DNA from: a phage
Sequence record: PZ386955.1
Reading direction: 5' to 3' (one strand)
DNA: 64,000 nt
In this document: positions 47,224-56,062 of the stretch, piece by piece
Position numbering within the stretch: the first letter of the stretch is position 1
Layout: every line of letters begins with the position of its first letter
Notes under the pieces: model-generated
What the model was told of the DNA's origin: nothing
The model's database searches: none
What the model saw: only the letters and a program-made list of their open reading frames with translations
Program-made: the position numbers and the translations under genes

Positions 47224-47496
47224 ATGGCATCATATAGCGCATCAATGATCGTAGCTGGCATCACTGGTAAACCTATGCGCGGTGGCGGATCTTTCGCTAA
47301 TATTAATATTGATGGGCGTTTATCCCTGGACGCAGCGATCACCGTGGCACGGGAAACATTTAAAAAAGAATGTAATTTCAATAAACAAGATTATCTCGGC
47401 TTCGTTATTGAAAAAACCGCGCGCTTTGTTGATTATAAAAGCCCGAAAATGGTTGATACTACACTAAAAGCGCAAGATGTAGCATTTTTGCTTTAA
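47224..47496 (+). CDS. hypothetical early protein
   Basis: AGAGAGAAA SD; follows cassette. Confidence 0.5.
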   Translation: MASYSASMIVAGITGKPMRGGGSFANINIDGRLSLDAAITVARETFKKECNFNKQDYLGFVIEKTARFVDYKSPKMVDTTLKAQDVAFLL

Positions 47497-47499
47497 GGC

Positions 47500-47559
47500 T
47501 TGACACTGAAAAATAATTTGGTAATATCTACTACATAGGGCGGGAAATGGTTTCCCGCC
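47500..47559 (+). promoter_or_regulatory. early promoter + GC hairpin cassette
   Basis: TTGACA-N16-TAATAT; hairpin GGGCGGGAAATGGTTTCCCGCC. Confidence 0.65.
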
Positions 47560-47581
47560 AAATCAAAGAAAGGGTAACACA

Positions 47582-47944
47582 ATGAGCAAGCAAATCAATA
47601 CTATCATGTTAAACCTGGTATCTTTCCGCGATGACGTGAAAAATCTTTCGCGTGATGCAGTAGATGCACGGATCGAAAGCTATCGCTCACAGATCGCAAC
47701 ATTACCGCTAAAACGTGATCAACATGCCGCTAATATGATGCTTAATGCTATGCTTAAAAAGATGATTCAATGTGATCTTACCCTGGCTTATGAATATGCT
47801 GGCGATCTCTTTGTAACATACAATAAGCCCGTTCCAGGTATGAGCACAACCAAAGAATTGCATGCCTTAAATCTGCGACAAGATGCATGGGATAATATGC
47901 GCCGCGTTATGGTATGGGTAGAAAGCGGCAAAATTTACGCATAA
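47582..47944 (+). CDS. hypothetical early protein
   Basis: AAAGAAAGGG SD; follows cassette. Confidence 0.5.
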   Translation: MSKQINTIMLNLVSFRDDVKNLSRDAVDARIESYRSQIATLPLKRDQHAANMMLNAMLKKMIQCDLTLAYEYAGDLFVTYNKPVPGMSTTKELHALNLRQDAWDNMRRVMVWVESGKIYA

Positions 47945-47948
47945 AGGC

Positions 47949-48004
47949 TTTACATTACACGAAAACCTGATAAGCTATCTTAAAGCGGGAATAGTTCCCG
48001 CTTT
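47949..48004 (+). promoter_or_regulatory. early promoter + GC hairpin cassette
   Basis: TTTACA-N16-TAAGCT; hairpin AAAGCGGGAATAGTTCCCGCTTT. Confidence 0.55.
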
Positions 48005-48020
48005 CATAGGATAAAACTTT

Positions 48021-48167
48021 ATGAAACAATATGTAATGAGTATTCACACCAAAAACGGCGCTACTGTTACGACTCCGGCACGGTTTGCACTTGTAAACCG
48101 TTGCAAGAGACTAAAACGAGAGTTAAAAAATAACCGTGCAACGGGCTTTAAACGCTGGGGAGGATAA
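48021..48167 (+). CDS. hypothetical small basic protein
   Basis: 48 aa; below ORF-track cut-off; follows cassette. Confidence 0.35.
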   Translation: MKQYVMSIHTKNGATVTTPARFALVNRCKRLKRELKNNRATGFKRWGG

Positions 48168-48169
48168 TC

Positions 48170-48442
48170 TTGTTTTTTCTAAAAGTTTTTGATAATGTGA
48201 TCGCTTTTGAACATGCTACAACGTTCAACCTGGCGAGATACGCTATCAGGTTTAAAGATAATGTTTATCCCCGTGCTGGAGGCGGTTACACTATTTTTAA
48301 TCATCGTAACGCTCAATTAACGGATATAACGAATCCAGATCCTGGAGTGTATCGCATAGGCTGGCTACCGTCAAAAGACGCGGCAAGCATGTTTAAGGTG
48401 TGTAAACTACTAACAGAAGAGGCGAACGAACATGGGGCGTGA
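48170..48442 (+). CDS. hypothetical early protein (TTG start)
   Basis: GGGGAGGA SD 6 nt before TTG. Confidence 0.45.
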   Translation: MFFLKVFDNVIAFEHATTFNLARYAIRFKDNVYPRAGGGYTIFNHRNAQLTDITNPDPGVYRIGWLPSKDAASMFKVCKLLTEEANEHGA

Positions 48443-48986
48443 ATATGTGATCCAGTCCTGGGTAAAGCATGATGCTGATGATCCGCGCATAATACCAGAT
48501 GACATGATCGATCACATGGTAGGGTATAGCGGGGAGCAGATAGGAAATCGAGCGGCAAAGAGCAACGGTCACACAAAAACGCGATCCGTTCGCCCTGGTT
48601 GGCTGGCAAATGGTAACGCTGACATTGCAAGCGCCGCAGATCCAAGCGATGACGCTAAAAATAATCCCTTATACAGCATTGATCCGGCTTTTAAGGTGTT
48701 AGAAGAGTATCCCGCTAAATTAGCCGCACTAGATAAGGCATACGAAGAAAAGCGCATGGCATGGACGGTATACAACACCGCTAAGATGGTGCTAGATGCA
48801 AAATTGATTAAAGCCCAGGAGAAGATCAATAAACTTGTTACCATAGCGCAAGAGGAAGACCAGGACGACCAGGAGGAAGAGGAAGAAATCATGCCTACCC
48901 TGGAAGAGGAAGAGATCCAGCCATACATGCCGACGGAAGAGGAAAAAAGACAAGCTCTAAAAAATTATGAAAATTGTGTTGTGTAA
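48432..48986 (+). CDS. hypothetical protein with poly-acidic C-terminus
   Basis: C-terminal QEEDQDDQEEEEEIMPTLEEEEIQPYMPTEEE. Confidence 0.5.
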   Translation: MGREYVIQSWVKHDADDPRIIPDDMIDHMVGYSGEQIGNRAAKSNGHTKTRSVRPGWLANGNADIASAADPSDDAKNNPLYSIDPAFKVLEEYPAKLAALDKAYEEKRMAWTVYNTAKMVLDAKLIKAQEKINKLVTIAQEEDQDDQEEEEEIMPTLEEEEIQPYMPTEEEKRQALKNYENCVV

Positions 48987-48989
48987 GGC

Positions 48990-49047
48990 TTGACATATAC
49001 AAACAAGCCCCGTAATATGTACCACATAAAGCGGGGCAACGCCCCAT
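48990..49047 (+). promoter_or_regulatory. early promoter + GC hairpin cassette
   Basis: TTGACA-N17-TAATAT; hairpin GCGGGGCAACGCCCC. Confidence 0.6.
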
Positions 49048-49067
49048 AAGGTGAAATAAAAAATCAC

Positions 49068-49095
49068 TTGACACCTGAAATCAGTAAGCTATAAT
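49068..49095 (+). promoter_or_regulatory. sigma70 consensus promoter
   Basis: TTGACA-N16-TATAAT. Confidence 0.65.
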
Positions 49096-49132
49096 GCTTA
49101 TATAGATTGAAACATTACTAAGGAATAAAAGC

Positions 49133-49312
49133 ATGGCTATTATTGCAAAGACTGAGATCGTAGGTTTAGATTCTATCATCCTGGCATATGAGGAAGCTAT
49201 AGAAATGTATGTGGTTTCCTATGGTGATTATATCCGTGAATATAAATCTATTGATCTAGCTTTTGAATGCTATATTCGCCAGGTCAATAAAGCCTATGAT
49301 GATTATCGTTAA
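49133..49312 (+). CDS. hypothetical small protein
   Basis: 59 aa, AAGGAA SD; below ORF-track cut-off. Confidence 0.4.
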   Translation: MAIIAKTEIVGLDSIILAYEEAIEMYVVSYGDYIREYKSIDLAFECYIRQVNKAYDDYR

Positions 49313-49407
49313 AAGTTTTAGTCTTGTGCTATTGACAACGAACGATAGTACAAGCATAATAACTTTTATCGGGAATACTCCTAACTAATCAAAAGAGATC
49401 AAAGACT

Positions 49408-49773
49408 ATGGCTAAAAATATCAATGTTTCTGCTTATGCTACCCTGGCTAACACTGCTAAAATTGAACTATCCAGCATTGAAGCGGTACATATTAGCGCC
49501 CGTCGCTGGTTTCAAAAGTCTTATGGTAACACTTATTTCTCTTTGATGGTTGACGTTGAGATCGGCGGTAAACTGATTGAAGTCGTTAACGTTCCGTTTC
49601 ACTATGGCTACGGGGATCATTTTGATACCGTCGCCCTGGAAGAATTTAGCAAGGTTATCAACCTGGAAGGTAAAGACTTTTCAAATTATGCTTACCTTTC
49701 CCGTTTTTGCCGTGATAATGGGATCGCTGTATACAGTCATGCAAGCGATGTTAAACGTAAAAAAGATTTATAA
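49408..49773 (+). CDS. hypothetical early protein
   Basis: AAAGAGA SD. Confidence 0.5.
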   Translation: MAKNINVSAYATLANTAKIELSSIEAVHISARRWFQKSYGNTYFSLMVDVEIGGKLIEVVNVPFHYGYGDHFDTVALEEFSKVINLEGKDFSNYAYLSRFCRDNGIAVYSHASDVKRKKDL

Positions 49774-49779
49774 AAAGCA

Positions 49780-49840
49780 TTGACAGCACGAATAAAAAGC
49801 ATATAATACTTATATCGAGAGCGGGAATAGTTCCCGCCTC
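49780..49840 (+). promoter_or_regulatory. early promoter + GC hairpin cassette
   Basis: TTGACA-N16-TATAAT; hairpin GAGCGGGAATAGTTCCCGCCTC. Confidence 0.7.
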
Positions 49841-49862
49841 ACTGAAAAAAGAGATTAACATC

Positions 49863-50102
49863 ATGGCTAAATCTAAAATGTTCTTAGGTCACAAAAACAA
49901 AACTCATTGGAATGTAAGCCTTTGGATCAACAACGATGAAGGTTTTTATAATCTTGCGCGTGAATTTATCGCAGCTAACACCAATAAGAATGACGCAGCG
50001 CGTGATATGATGTTATTTCTTGAAAGTATGGATCAAGATAAAACGCCAGACGGTTACAAGTTCAGTAAAACTGCGATCCGCGCCGCGATGGTTGGAATGT
50101 AA
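49863..50102 (+). CDS. hypothetical early protein
   Basis: AAAAGAGA SD; follows cassette. Confidence 0.5.
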   Translation: MAKSKMFLGHKNKTHWNVSLWINNDEGFYNLAREFIAANTNKNDAARDMMLFLESMDQDKTPDGYKFSKTAIRAAMVGM

Positions 50103-50197
50103 AGGAGACATAAAAATGAAACATCGTTCGACCTATCTCACAAAACGTTTTAGCTTAGATCATAAATTGGGCTATTACGGAAGAAATAGAAAATAAT

Positions 50198-50256
50198 TTG
50201 ACACTGTTTAAAATTCTGGTATAGTTTATCACATAGGGCGGGAAATGGTTTCCCGC
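50198..50256 (+). promoter_or_regulatory. early promoter + GC hairpin cassette
   Basis: TTGACA-N16-TATAGT; hairpin GGGCGGGAAATGGTTTCCCGCC. Confidence 0.7.
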
Positions 50257-50279
50257 CAAATGAAAGAAAGGTTATCATT

Positions 50280-50507
50280 ATGGCTATCGTTATTGTTCGT
50301 GTATCCGGCACGGTTGGAATCTCCCAGGTAGTAGCAGTTATCACCGAGAAGAAAGGGGATGATCTTCACTCTTCCTTGAATAGCTGGGCGGTCGCTAACT
50401 TCGGGCAATGGTCGAGCGTTGAGTACATCGAATCCTACCAGGTGCCAACGATTAGCCTAACCGATCTAAATGTTGATCGCTTGTTGTGCCTGGATGGATT
50501 AAACTAA
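50280..50507 (+). CDS. hypothetical early protein
   Basis: GAAAGAAAGG SD; follows cassette. Confidence 0.5.
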   Translation: MAIVIVRVSGTVGISQVVAVITEKKGDDLHSSLNSWAVANFGQWSSVEYIESYQVPTISLTDLNVDRLLCLDGLN

Positions 50508-50515
50508 AAATAATC

Positions 50516-50573
50516 TTGACAAGATAACTAAAATCAGTAAAATGTAATGCATCGGGCGGCAATAGTGCCGCTC
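50516..50573 (+). promoter_or_regulatory. early promoter + GC hairpin cassette
   Basis: TTGACA-N16-TAAAAT; hairpin GGGCGGCAATAGTGCCGC. Confidence 0.65.
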
Positions 50574-50594
50574 ATAGTAAGAGAGATTATCAAG

Positions 50595-50810
50595 ATGGCT
50601 AATATCCGCACACTGTTAAAAAATGCAAGTCAAGTTTTATTTTCAGATGACGAGTATTTCAACAAAGACATTACAGGCGTGAAAAATTTAAAAGACGTGA
50701 AGGATGTTATCGGTATCCGTGGATCTTTACGTAAAGGTGACATATACGGTAACAAGGTGCAATATAAACTGTCAAAAGATTATGATTTTACTTTGACAAT
50801 TATCAACTAA
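50595..50810 (+). CDS. hypothetical early protein
   Basis: Start moved to ATG 50595 (AGAGAGA SD); track start lies inside the hairpin. Confidence 0.5.
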   Translation: MANIRTLLKNASQVLFSDDEYFNKDITGVKNLKDVKDVIGIRGSLRKGDIYGNKVQYKLSKDYDFTLTIIN

Positions 50811-50821
50811 GGGATCACAAA

Positions 50822-50980
50822 ATGAAAACTTGCCAATGTGGTAAAAAGTCTATCTCTGGTTTAAAACGTGGCGTTGCTCTTTGTCAATATCACTATAACG
50901 CTCAAACGTGGGGTAAGCAGTGGGCGGATCAGGTGGAAGAGGCAAAGAAAGAAAATATAAAAGTAGTTGCAAAGAAATAA
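50822..50980 (+). CDS. small Cys-containing protein
   Basis: 52 aa with CQCG...C motif; below ORF-track cut-off. Confidence 0.4.
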   Translation: MKTCQCGKKSISGLKRGVALCQYHYNAQTWGKQWADQVEEAKKENIKVVAKK

Positions 50981-51005
50981 AAATAGAGTAAACTGTATTC
51001 ATCAA

Positions 51006-51027
51006 GGCGGTGGAATAGCCAACCGCC
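51006..51027 (+). promoter_or_regulatory. GC hairpin (cassette variant)
   Basis: GGCGGTGGAATAGCCAACCGCC imperfect hairpin ~25 nt before ATG; weak TTGCAA/TAAACT upstream. Confidence 0.4.
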
Positions 51028-51051
51028 TAACAAAGAGAAGAGGAAAACACC

Positions 51052-51222
51052 ATGATCACTTTCGCCACCCGTGAAGCCGCTCGCAACGTTGCACGTAAAG
51101 TTAATGCCGCCAACCTGGGCGCTACGCTTAAAGCCCCGGTAAAAGATGAATCAGGAAAATGGATCTTCCCTGGTCTGCGTCACGCTGATAAGCTGGGAAC
51201 ATTAACGTTAAAAAATAAATAA
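51052..51222 (+). CDS. hypothetical small protein
   Basis: 56 aa; GAGAAGAGGAAA SD. Confidence 0.4.
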   Translation: MITFATREAARNVARKVNAANLGATLKAPVKDESGKWIFPGLRHADKLGTLTLKNK

Positions 51223-51229
51223 TATCCGC

Positions 51230-51288
51230 TTGACAGTAGCATGATTTATAAGTAAAGTAACAACAACGGCGGGAAATGGTTTCCCGCC
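51230..51288 (+). promoter_or_regulatory. early promoter + GC hairpin cassette
   Basis: TTGACA-N17-TAAAGT; hairpin CGGCGGGAAATGGTTTCCCGCC. Confidence 0.65.
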
Positions 51289-51308
51289 AACAATAAAGAG
51301 ATAAGATT

Positions 51309-51668
51309 ATGAAATCAGTAAAAGCAATCAAAACTTACATTGTATCGGCTATTTCTTTTGAAGGTACTACAACCGAAAAAGAAAAAATCACCGAACTGAT
51401 GCGCCGTTTTAATTCTGAATACTGGTATCCCGATAATCAAAAACGTTACAATTATAACGTGATCAAGGCGATAGCCTCATGGTTACAAGGTTTACCGTCA
51501 GACATTAACATCGCCTTTGATTATAACGAGATTGATCATTTATTAATTGAATGGAAGTACATAAAAGAAACAAGCAAAGAAACAACCGTTACCCGTGAGC
51601 GGGAAAATTATTGGTTATATATTGCAAGCATGATCGTAATCCTGGCAAAACAGCATAACGTGGCGTAA
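51309..51668 (+). CDS. hypothetical early protein
   Basis: AAAGAGA SD; follows cassette. Confidence 0.5.
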   Translation: MKSVKAIKTYIVSAISFEGTTTEKEKITELMRRFNSEYWYPDNQKRYNYNVIKAIASWLQGLPSDINIAFDYNEIDHLLIEWKYIKETSKETTVTRERENYWLYIASMIVILAKQHNVA

Positions 51669-51683
51669 TTAAGAGGAAGAAAC

Positions 51684-51821
51684 ATGAACGCATCACAGCA
51701 GATCGAAAAATTCAACCGCAGCAAGGCGCGTAAAGATTGGAACGAAGAGATCACCAAAAAAGGCGACAAGCGGAACAAAACAAAGAGAGATCGCAGCACA
51801 AAAAGATACTGGAACGAATAA
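51684..51821 (+). CDS. small basic protein
   Basis: 45 aa, Lys/Arg-rich; AAGAGGAAG SD. Confidence 0.35.
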   Translation: MNASQQIEKFNRSKARKDWNEEITKKGDKRNKTKRDRSTKRYWNE

Positions 51822-51825
51822 CAAA

Positions 51826-51852
51826 AAAGGGCGCAATAAGCGCCCTTTTAGC
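51826..51852 (+). terminator. rho-independent terminator
   Basis: Hairpin AAGGGCGC(AATA)AGCGCCCTT + TTTAG. Confidence 0.7.
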
Positions 51853-51939
51853 TTATATAGAGGCTTGTTACCCATAGGCAATGGTAACGCCAGGATAAGC
51901 CTATAAACCACGTTAGACAGCTTTACAGGAGCTTTAAAA

Positions 51940-52122
51940 ATGAAATTAGACGAAATAAGCAAGGCACTAGCCCAGGGGCAAAGGTTATGCGCCCGATATC
52001 GTGATCAATATGGCTTCATAACTAGCGGCGTGATCCTGGGGATTGAAGGCAATAAGATTTTTATTGACACGTTGAAAAACGTTGTATATAGTGACAATAT
52101 AATCTCAATAAAACATATATGA
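51940..52122 (+). CDS. hypothetical protein
   Basis: AGGAG SD. Confidence 0.4.
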   Translation: MKLDEISKALAQGQRLCARYRDQYGFITSGVILGIEGNKIFIDTLKNVVYSDNIISIKHI

Positions 52123-52130
52123 GGCAAGAA

Positions 52131-52532
52131 ATGAAAAAATTATTGATCGCTGGTTTAATCTCTTTTGGCATGGTTGGAACATCTAGCGCGGCGATATCCT
52201 CCACAGTAGCAGAATTAAGCGCCGTTGATGCAATGGAAAACGTCATGCTTATTAATAATGCGATCCCCGATGAAATCATGGAGGATTCACACATGATCGC
52301 TTATGGTGCTGTTACACAACTAACGGCAAAAATAGATAAATCTATTGTTAATGGCTTAAATGAAGATGTACCATGTGAAATTATTACCAGTGTGCTGACT
52401 ACTCAAAATTTTACGCCGTGGTTAAAAAGTATTCAAAAAGTACACAGTACAGCCGCAGATCGTAGCAATGAAAAACTAGTGTCAGCCCTTGCAACGTATA
52501 CCCTAGCAAAATGCACCGAGATAAAAGATTGA
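52131..52532 (+). CDS. putative secreted/periplasmic protein
   Basis: Signal peptide MKKLLIAGLISFGMVGTSSAA; start at ATG 52131. Confidence 0.5.
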   Translation: MKKLLIAGLISFGMVGTSSAAISSTVAELSAVDAMENVMLINNAIPDEIMEDSHMIAYGAVTQLTAKIDKSIVNGLNEDVPCEIITSVLTTQNFTPWLKSIQKVHSTAADRSNEKLVSALATYTLAKCTEIKD

Positions 52533-52579
52533 CAACATAGAAAGCACGTTATAAGATACACACAACAAAGGAGAACTAC

Positions 52580-52882
52580 ATGAACGGCATAGCTAAAACG
52601 TTTTTTCTTTTTTCTGGTGTAAATGATCCATCAATAAAAGTCGATAGTGTAAAAGAAAACAATACTATCACCGCTAAATTGTTTCAAGATGAAACAAATA
52701 ACGTGCTAATCATTAATCTTAAAGAAATAACGAAAGGTTATTATACTATTGCTTACCATGCGATTTATCATGCTGGTACTAGTGAGGAAGTGCAAACAAG
52801 CAACAACGAAAGCGCGGCGCTACCTGGTGATCTGGTACTGGGCGTTATCAGTTTAATTGTCAATGATTTTTTTAAGGAGTAA
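52580..52882 (+). CDS. hypothetical protein
   Basis: AAAGGAGAA SD. Confidence 0.45.
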   Translation: MNGIAKTFFLFSGVNDPSIKVDSVKENNTITAKLFQDETNNVLIINLKEITKGYYTIAYHAIYHAGTSEEVQTSNNESAALPGDLVLGVISLIVNDFFKE

Positions 52883-53140
52883 AACCATGCCCTATTTACA
52901 TTTATTTTTCGGTATCTTATTGACGGGATCTTTTTTCTTCTGTATGCTTGTTTCTATTGTAAACCACGTTTTAAGACATTAAGGAAACAGCATGAAAATT
53001 ATTCCCGTACAATATAGCGTAATAAATCCAGCATACGAGGAAGGAAGGAAAACAAGCATGGCTTTATGTTGTATTGCTACTATAGCCATGTTGTTATACA
53101 TTGTGTTTTAATAGGTTTTATAGTTGTACGCTTTAAAGGC

Positions 53141-53168
53141 TTGACAATTTTTTGTTATGCTTTAAACT
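53141..53168 (+). promoter_or_regulatory. sigma70-type promoter
   Basis: TTGACA-N16-TAAACT. Confidence 0.45.
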
Positions 53169-53211
53169 ATATCTTGAAAACGGCAAAGGCCGCAAACAAA
53201 AGGGTAAAATT

Positions 53212-53535
53212 ATGAAATCTGTGATCGGTGTTTATTTGGATAACTCTGATTTTTTCTATCATCGCGCTCGTTTCCTTGATGCTATTGATATGATAGAATC
53301 AGGCTTTAAAGAGTATCGCCTTGCACATGATGACCTGGAAGCATTACAGGGCAATAGTGTTTTTACATTGCAAGCTAAAGCACTATGCAAAAGCCGGATC
53401 GACATTGCGAGCAAAAAGATAGAACGCGGCATGTCCTGGTTGCGCACCGCAGAAATCAACATGGGGCAATGGTACGGCGAAAACTTAGAAAATAAACATA
53501 CTTTTGTCAATGTAGAAAATATTGAAGATTATTGA
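53212..53535 (+). CDS. hypothetical early protein
   Basis: Start at ATG 53212 (AAAAGGG SD). Confidence 0.5.
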   Translation: MKSVIGVYLDNSDFFYHRARFLDAIDMIESGFKEYRLAHDDLEALQGNSVFTLQAKALCKSRIDIASKKIERGMSWLRTAEINMGQWYGENLENKHTFVNVENIEDY

Positions 53536-53598
53536 TTGACAGCACACCTAACAGATAGTATATTGTATCTCATAGAGCGGGGAAATGGTTTCCCCGCC
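53536..53598 (+). promoter_or_regulatory. early promoter + GC hairpin cassette
   Basis: TTGACA-N17-TATATT; hairpin GAGCGGGGAAATGGTTTCCCCGCC. Confidence 0.7.
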
Positions 53599-53617
53599 TT
53601 AACAGAAGAGATAAGAT

Positions 53618-53902
53618 ATGAAGATCACAAAAGCACTTTCCAACTATGCAGCACGTCGCGGATTATGTTTAACCGTTGAAAATTTAGGGAAAGAAGATTT
53701 TTTGTGCTTTTGGGAGCTTGAGAATGATAATGAGTGGATCTTCTCTTATTCTATCTGCGAAGATCAAAACGGTTGTTTATTAACCTGGCGCGGTAATATC
53801 TATTTACCGGAAGAAATCAAGGAAGAATTACCAGGCACGATCATGACTGAGAAACAGCTTAAGGAAGTGATTAATTTTGTAGGGCAAAACATTAAAAAAT
53901 AA
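53618..53902 (+). CDS. hypothetical early protein
   Basis: AGAAGAGA SD; follows cassette. Confidence 0.5.
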   Translation: MKITKALSNYAARRGLCLTVENLGKEDFLCFWELENDNEWIFSYSICEDQNGCLLTWRGNIYLPEEIKEELPGTIMTEKQLKEVINFVGQNIKK

Positions 53903-53903
53903 T

Positions 53904-53964
53904 TTGACACCAGGCAAACAACGTAGTAAAGTTTATCACATAGGGCGGGAAATGGTTTCCCGCT
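53904..53964 (+). promoter_or_regulatory. early promoter + GC hairpin cassette
   Basis: TTGACA-N17-TAAAGT; hairpin GGGCGGGAAATGGTTTCCCGC. Confidence 0.65.
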
Positions 53965-53985
53965 CACAACAAAAGAGAACAAATC

Positions 53986-54156
53986 ATGATCCCGACTATG
54001 TTTTACGTATCGCGCAAAGGTCACAATATTTTTTGGTCTGAAGATTTAAATGAAGCCATGACGTTTGCCCGTGATCGTGTTGCTATCGGTGGCGTTAACA
54101 TTACTGTAACCGATGAAAACGGCATTGAATACTATAACGGCGACGATGAAGAGTAA
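53986..54156 (+). CDS. hypothetical small protein
   Basis: 56 aa; AAAGAGAA SD; below ORF-track cut-off. Confidence 0.4.
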   Translation: MIPTMFYVSRKGHNIFWSEDLNEAMTFARDRVAIGGVNITVTDENGIEYYNGDDEE

Positions 54157-54161
54157 TTAAT

Positions 54162-54184
54162 GAGGCGGGGGAGTATTCCCCGCC
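54162..54184 (+). promoter_or_regulatory. GC hairpin (cassette variant without obvious promoter)
   Basis: GAGGCGGGGGAGTATTCCCCGCC. Confidence 0.45.
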
Positions 54185-54203
54185 GTCAATAAAGAGGTAA
54201 ATC

Positions 54204-54473
54204 ATGAAAATATCATTGGACGTTGCAATCAAGGCCATCGAATCCGGTTACACCCTGGTAAAAGATGATAAGGCTAAAATAGTGCATCATGTTAACAAGG
54301 AAACAGGCGAAAGCATGATCACATATAAAGCCGCCTACTTTCTCCAATCAGTAGCAGATCCGCGCGTACAGCGCCAGGTCACGGCGGCTATTGCTAAAAA
54401 ATTATGTGCTTTACAGGGCACAAGTTTTAACGAGATCCCGCCGTGTTTTGACTGGTCGAGCTTGAAAAAATAG
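54204..54473 (+). CDS. hypothetical early protein
   Basis: AAAGAGG SD. Confidence 0.5.
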   Translation: MKISLDVAIKAIESGYTLVKDDKAKIVHHVNKETGESMITYKAAYFLQSVADPRVQRQVTAAIAKKLCALQGTSFNEIPPCFDWSSLKK

Positions 54474-54474
54474 T

Positions 54475-54532
54475 TTGACAAAAATTATAAATCGGGTAGA
54501 ATGTATTTCGTAGGGCGGCAATAGTGCCGCTC
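54475..54532 (+). promoter_or_regulatory. early promoter + GC hairpin cassette
   Basis: TTGACA-N16-TAGAAT; hairpin GGGCGGCAATAGTGCCGC. Confidence 0.65.
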
Positions 54533-54553
54533 GCAACTAAAAGAGAAATCATC

Positions 54554-54748
54554 ATGGCGCTTAAAAAACTAACAAGCAATACTCGTTGGGATGAAATCGA
54601 CGGGGAAGTATACATTTTCGCCCGTAAACCAGGTGATCAAAAATGGTCAAAGGCTTTTACTTGTCACCCTGCAACAATAGATCTAATAAAAAGTAAAGGT
54701 TTACGTGAAGCAGTAGCGAGAAGTTTACTGATTCCTTGTAAAAAATAG
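54554..54748 (+). CDS. hypothetical early protein
   Basis: Start at ATG 54554 (AAAGAGAAA SD). Confidence 0.45.
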   Translation: MALKKLTSNTRWDEIDGEVYIFARKPGDQKWSKAFTCHPATIDLIKSKGLREAVARSLLIPCKK

Positions 54749-54810
54749 TTTGACAATATGCGGTTATCTGGTAAAGTGTACCACGTAGGGCGGGGCAATA
54801 AGGCAACGCC
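54749..54810 (+). promoter_or_regulatory. early promoter + GC hairpin cassette (variant hairpin)
   Basis: TTGACA-N17-TAAAGT; GGGCGGGGCAATAAGGCAACGCCC. Confidence 0.55.
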
Positions 54811-54829
54811 CACTAATGAGGGTAAAATC

Positions 54830-54934
54830 ATGTTAGAGAAAATTTTCACGGTTGTAATAGTGGGCCTGGCGTTATCGGTTGGAGTGATTGCAACTATGGC
54901 TAACATGATCCTATCTTCCCACGGTATTGGATAA
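54830..54934 (+). CDS. 34-aa hydrophobic peptide
   Basis: MLEKIFTVVIVGLALSVGVIATMANMILSSHGIG; GAGGG SD. Confidence 0.3.
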   Translation: MLEKIFTVVIVGLALSVGVIATMANMILSSHGIG

Positions 54935-54944
54935 GGTGAATCAA

Positions 54945-55160
54945 ATGATCACGAATAAGACAGGTAAAACGGAATTTTTACGCGGCTTGCAAATAGGTAA
55001 ACCTGAGATCTGGCATTGCACTAAAAGACCACGTGACGAAATGAAAGATTTCACCGCTACTTTACAACGTGTTAAAATATCTATCACACAGAAAAAAGCC
55101 TTGTTAGTAGTAGAAAATGAGATACCGCAAACCATTATTATTGTCGAGCGTACAGCATGA
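54945..55160 (+). CDS. hypothetical protein
   Basis: Start at ATG 54945. Confidence 0.45.
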   Translation: MITNKTGKTEFLRGLQIGKPEIWHCTKRPRDEMKDFTATLQRVKISITQKKALLVVENEIPQTIIIVERTA

Positions 55161-55543
55161 AAACTGAAATCATTATTGAAATCATCAACGGTTATAAAGA
55201 AGCCTTTATTTTTGCTGAATCAGCCAGGGATCATGAAGGCTATTTTATTGATAACTTAGACGATTATGATTTTTCAGATCAAGCCCATCAGAGGATCATT
55301 CATGACGTAGCGGCTTATTGTGATGCCAATGATGCTGCTATCTCTGAGGCAATGAGCGACGGCGCTACAGCAAACCAGATCGGGAATGATTTACATTTTA
55401 CCCGTAACGGTCACGGCGTAGGCTTTTGGGATCGCCCTGAAATATACACTACTAACACCGCCAACCGCCTAACAAATGCAGCTAAATTAATGCCATCGGT
55501 GCATGCTTACATTGGTGAAGATAATTTGATTTATATTGAATAA
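55157..55543 (+). CDS. hypothetical acidic protein
   Basis: Start overlaps upstream stop (ATGA). Confidence 0.5.
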   Translation: MKTEIIIEIINGYKEAFIFAESARDHEGYFIDNLDDYDFSDQAHQRIIHDVAAYCDANDAAISEAMSDGATANQIGNDLHFTRNGHGVGFWDRPEIYTTNTANRLTNAAKLMPSVHAYIGEDNLIYIE

Positions 55544-55549
55544 AAAGTA

Positions 55550-55608
55550 TTGACACCGATCCCCAGTATGTTATTATTTACCACGTAGGCGGGAAATGGT
55601 TTCCCGCC
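55550..55608 (+). promoter_or_regulatory. early promoter + GC hairpin cassette
   Basis: TTGACA-N16-TATTAT; hairpin GGCGGGAAATGGTTTCCCGCC. Confidence 0.7.
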
Positions 55609-55631
55609 AGGTAATCAAAAAGGTAAATACT

Positions 55632-56021
55632 ATGCGCAACCTGGTTTCTGTTTCTAACGTTGAAAAATTCCAATCCTTGCAGGGTATCGTTAACAACGTA
55701 GCGCCTTTTTTAGTCAATGGCTTGATTGCAAAGATGAAAAATAAACATCATGCGGCATGGTCTGCTTACTGCTTTGATAATGATGAAAAAGCGGCTGAAA
55801 TGATGTTAAATATGCTGTTAGACAGTGTAGAATCATCTTTACCGGAAAACATCGCAGAAGAGATCACCTATCGTTATAATATGGCGATCACTTACCAGGA
55901 AGTGGCGCAGTTTAACATGATGGATGAAGATGACCAACAGGATCAGGAAATGTTTTGGGAGTATGCAGATCGTCAATCGGCTTTTGATGAAAAGTTAGCG
56001 ATGTATTATAACGAATATTAA
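55632..56021 (+). CDS. hypothetical early protein
   Basis: Start at ATG 55632 (AAAAAGG SD). Confidence 0.5.
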   Translation: MRNLVSVSNVEKFQSLQGIVNNVAPFLVNGLIAKMKNKHHAAWSAYCFDNDEKAAEMMLNMLLDSVESSLPENIAEEITYRYNMAITYQEVAQFNMMDEDDQQDQEMFWEYADRQSAFDEKLAMYYNEY

Positions 56022-56035
56022 TACACGGCAAAAGA

Positions 56036-56062
56036 AAGGGGCGCACTAAGCGCCCTTTTTTG
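56036..56062 (+). terminator. rho-independent terminator
   Basis: Hairpin AAAGGGGCGC(ACTA)AGCGCCCTTTTTT. Confidence 0.75.
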
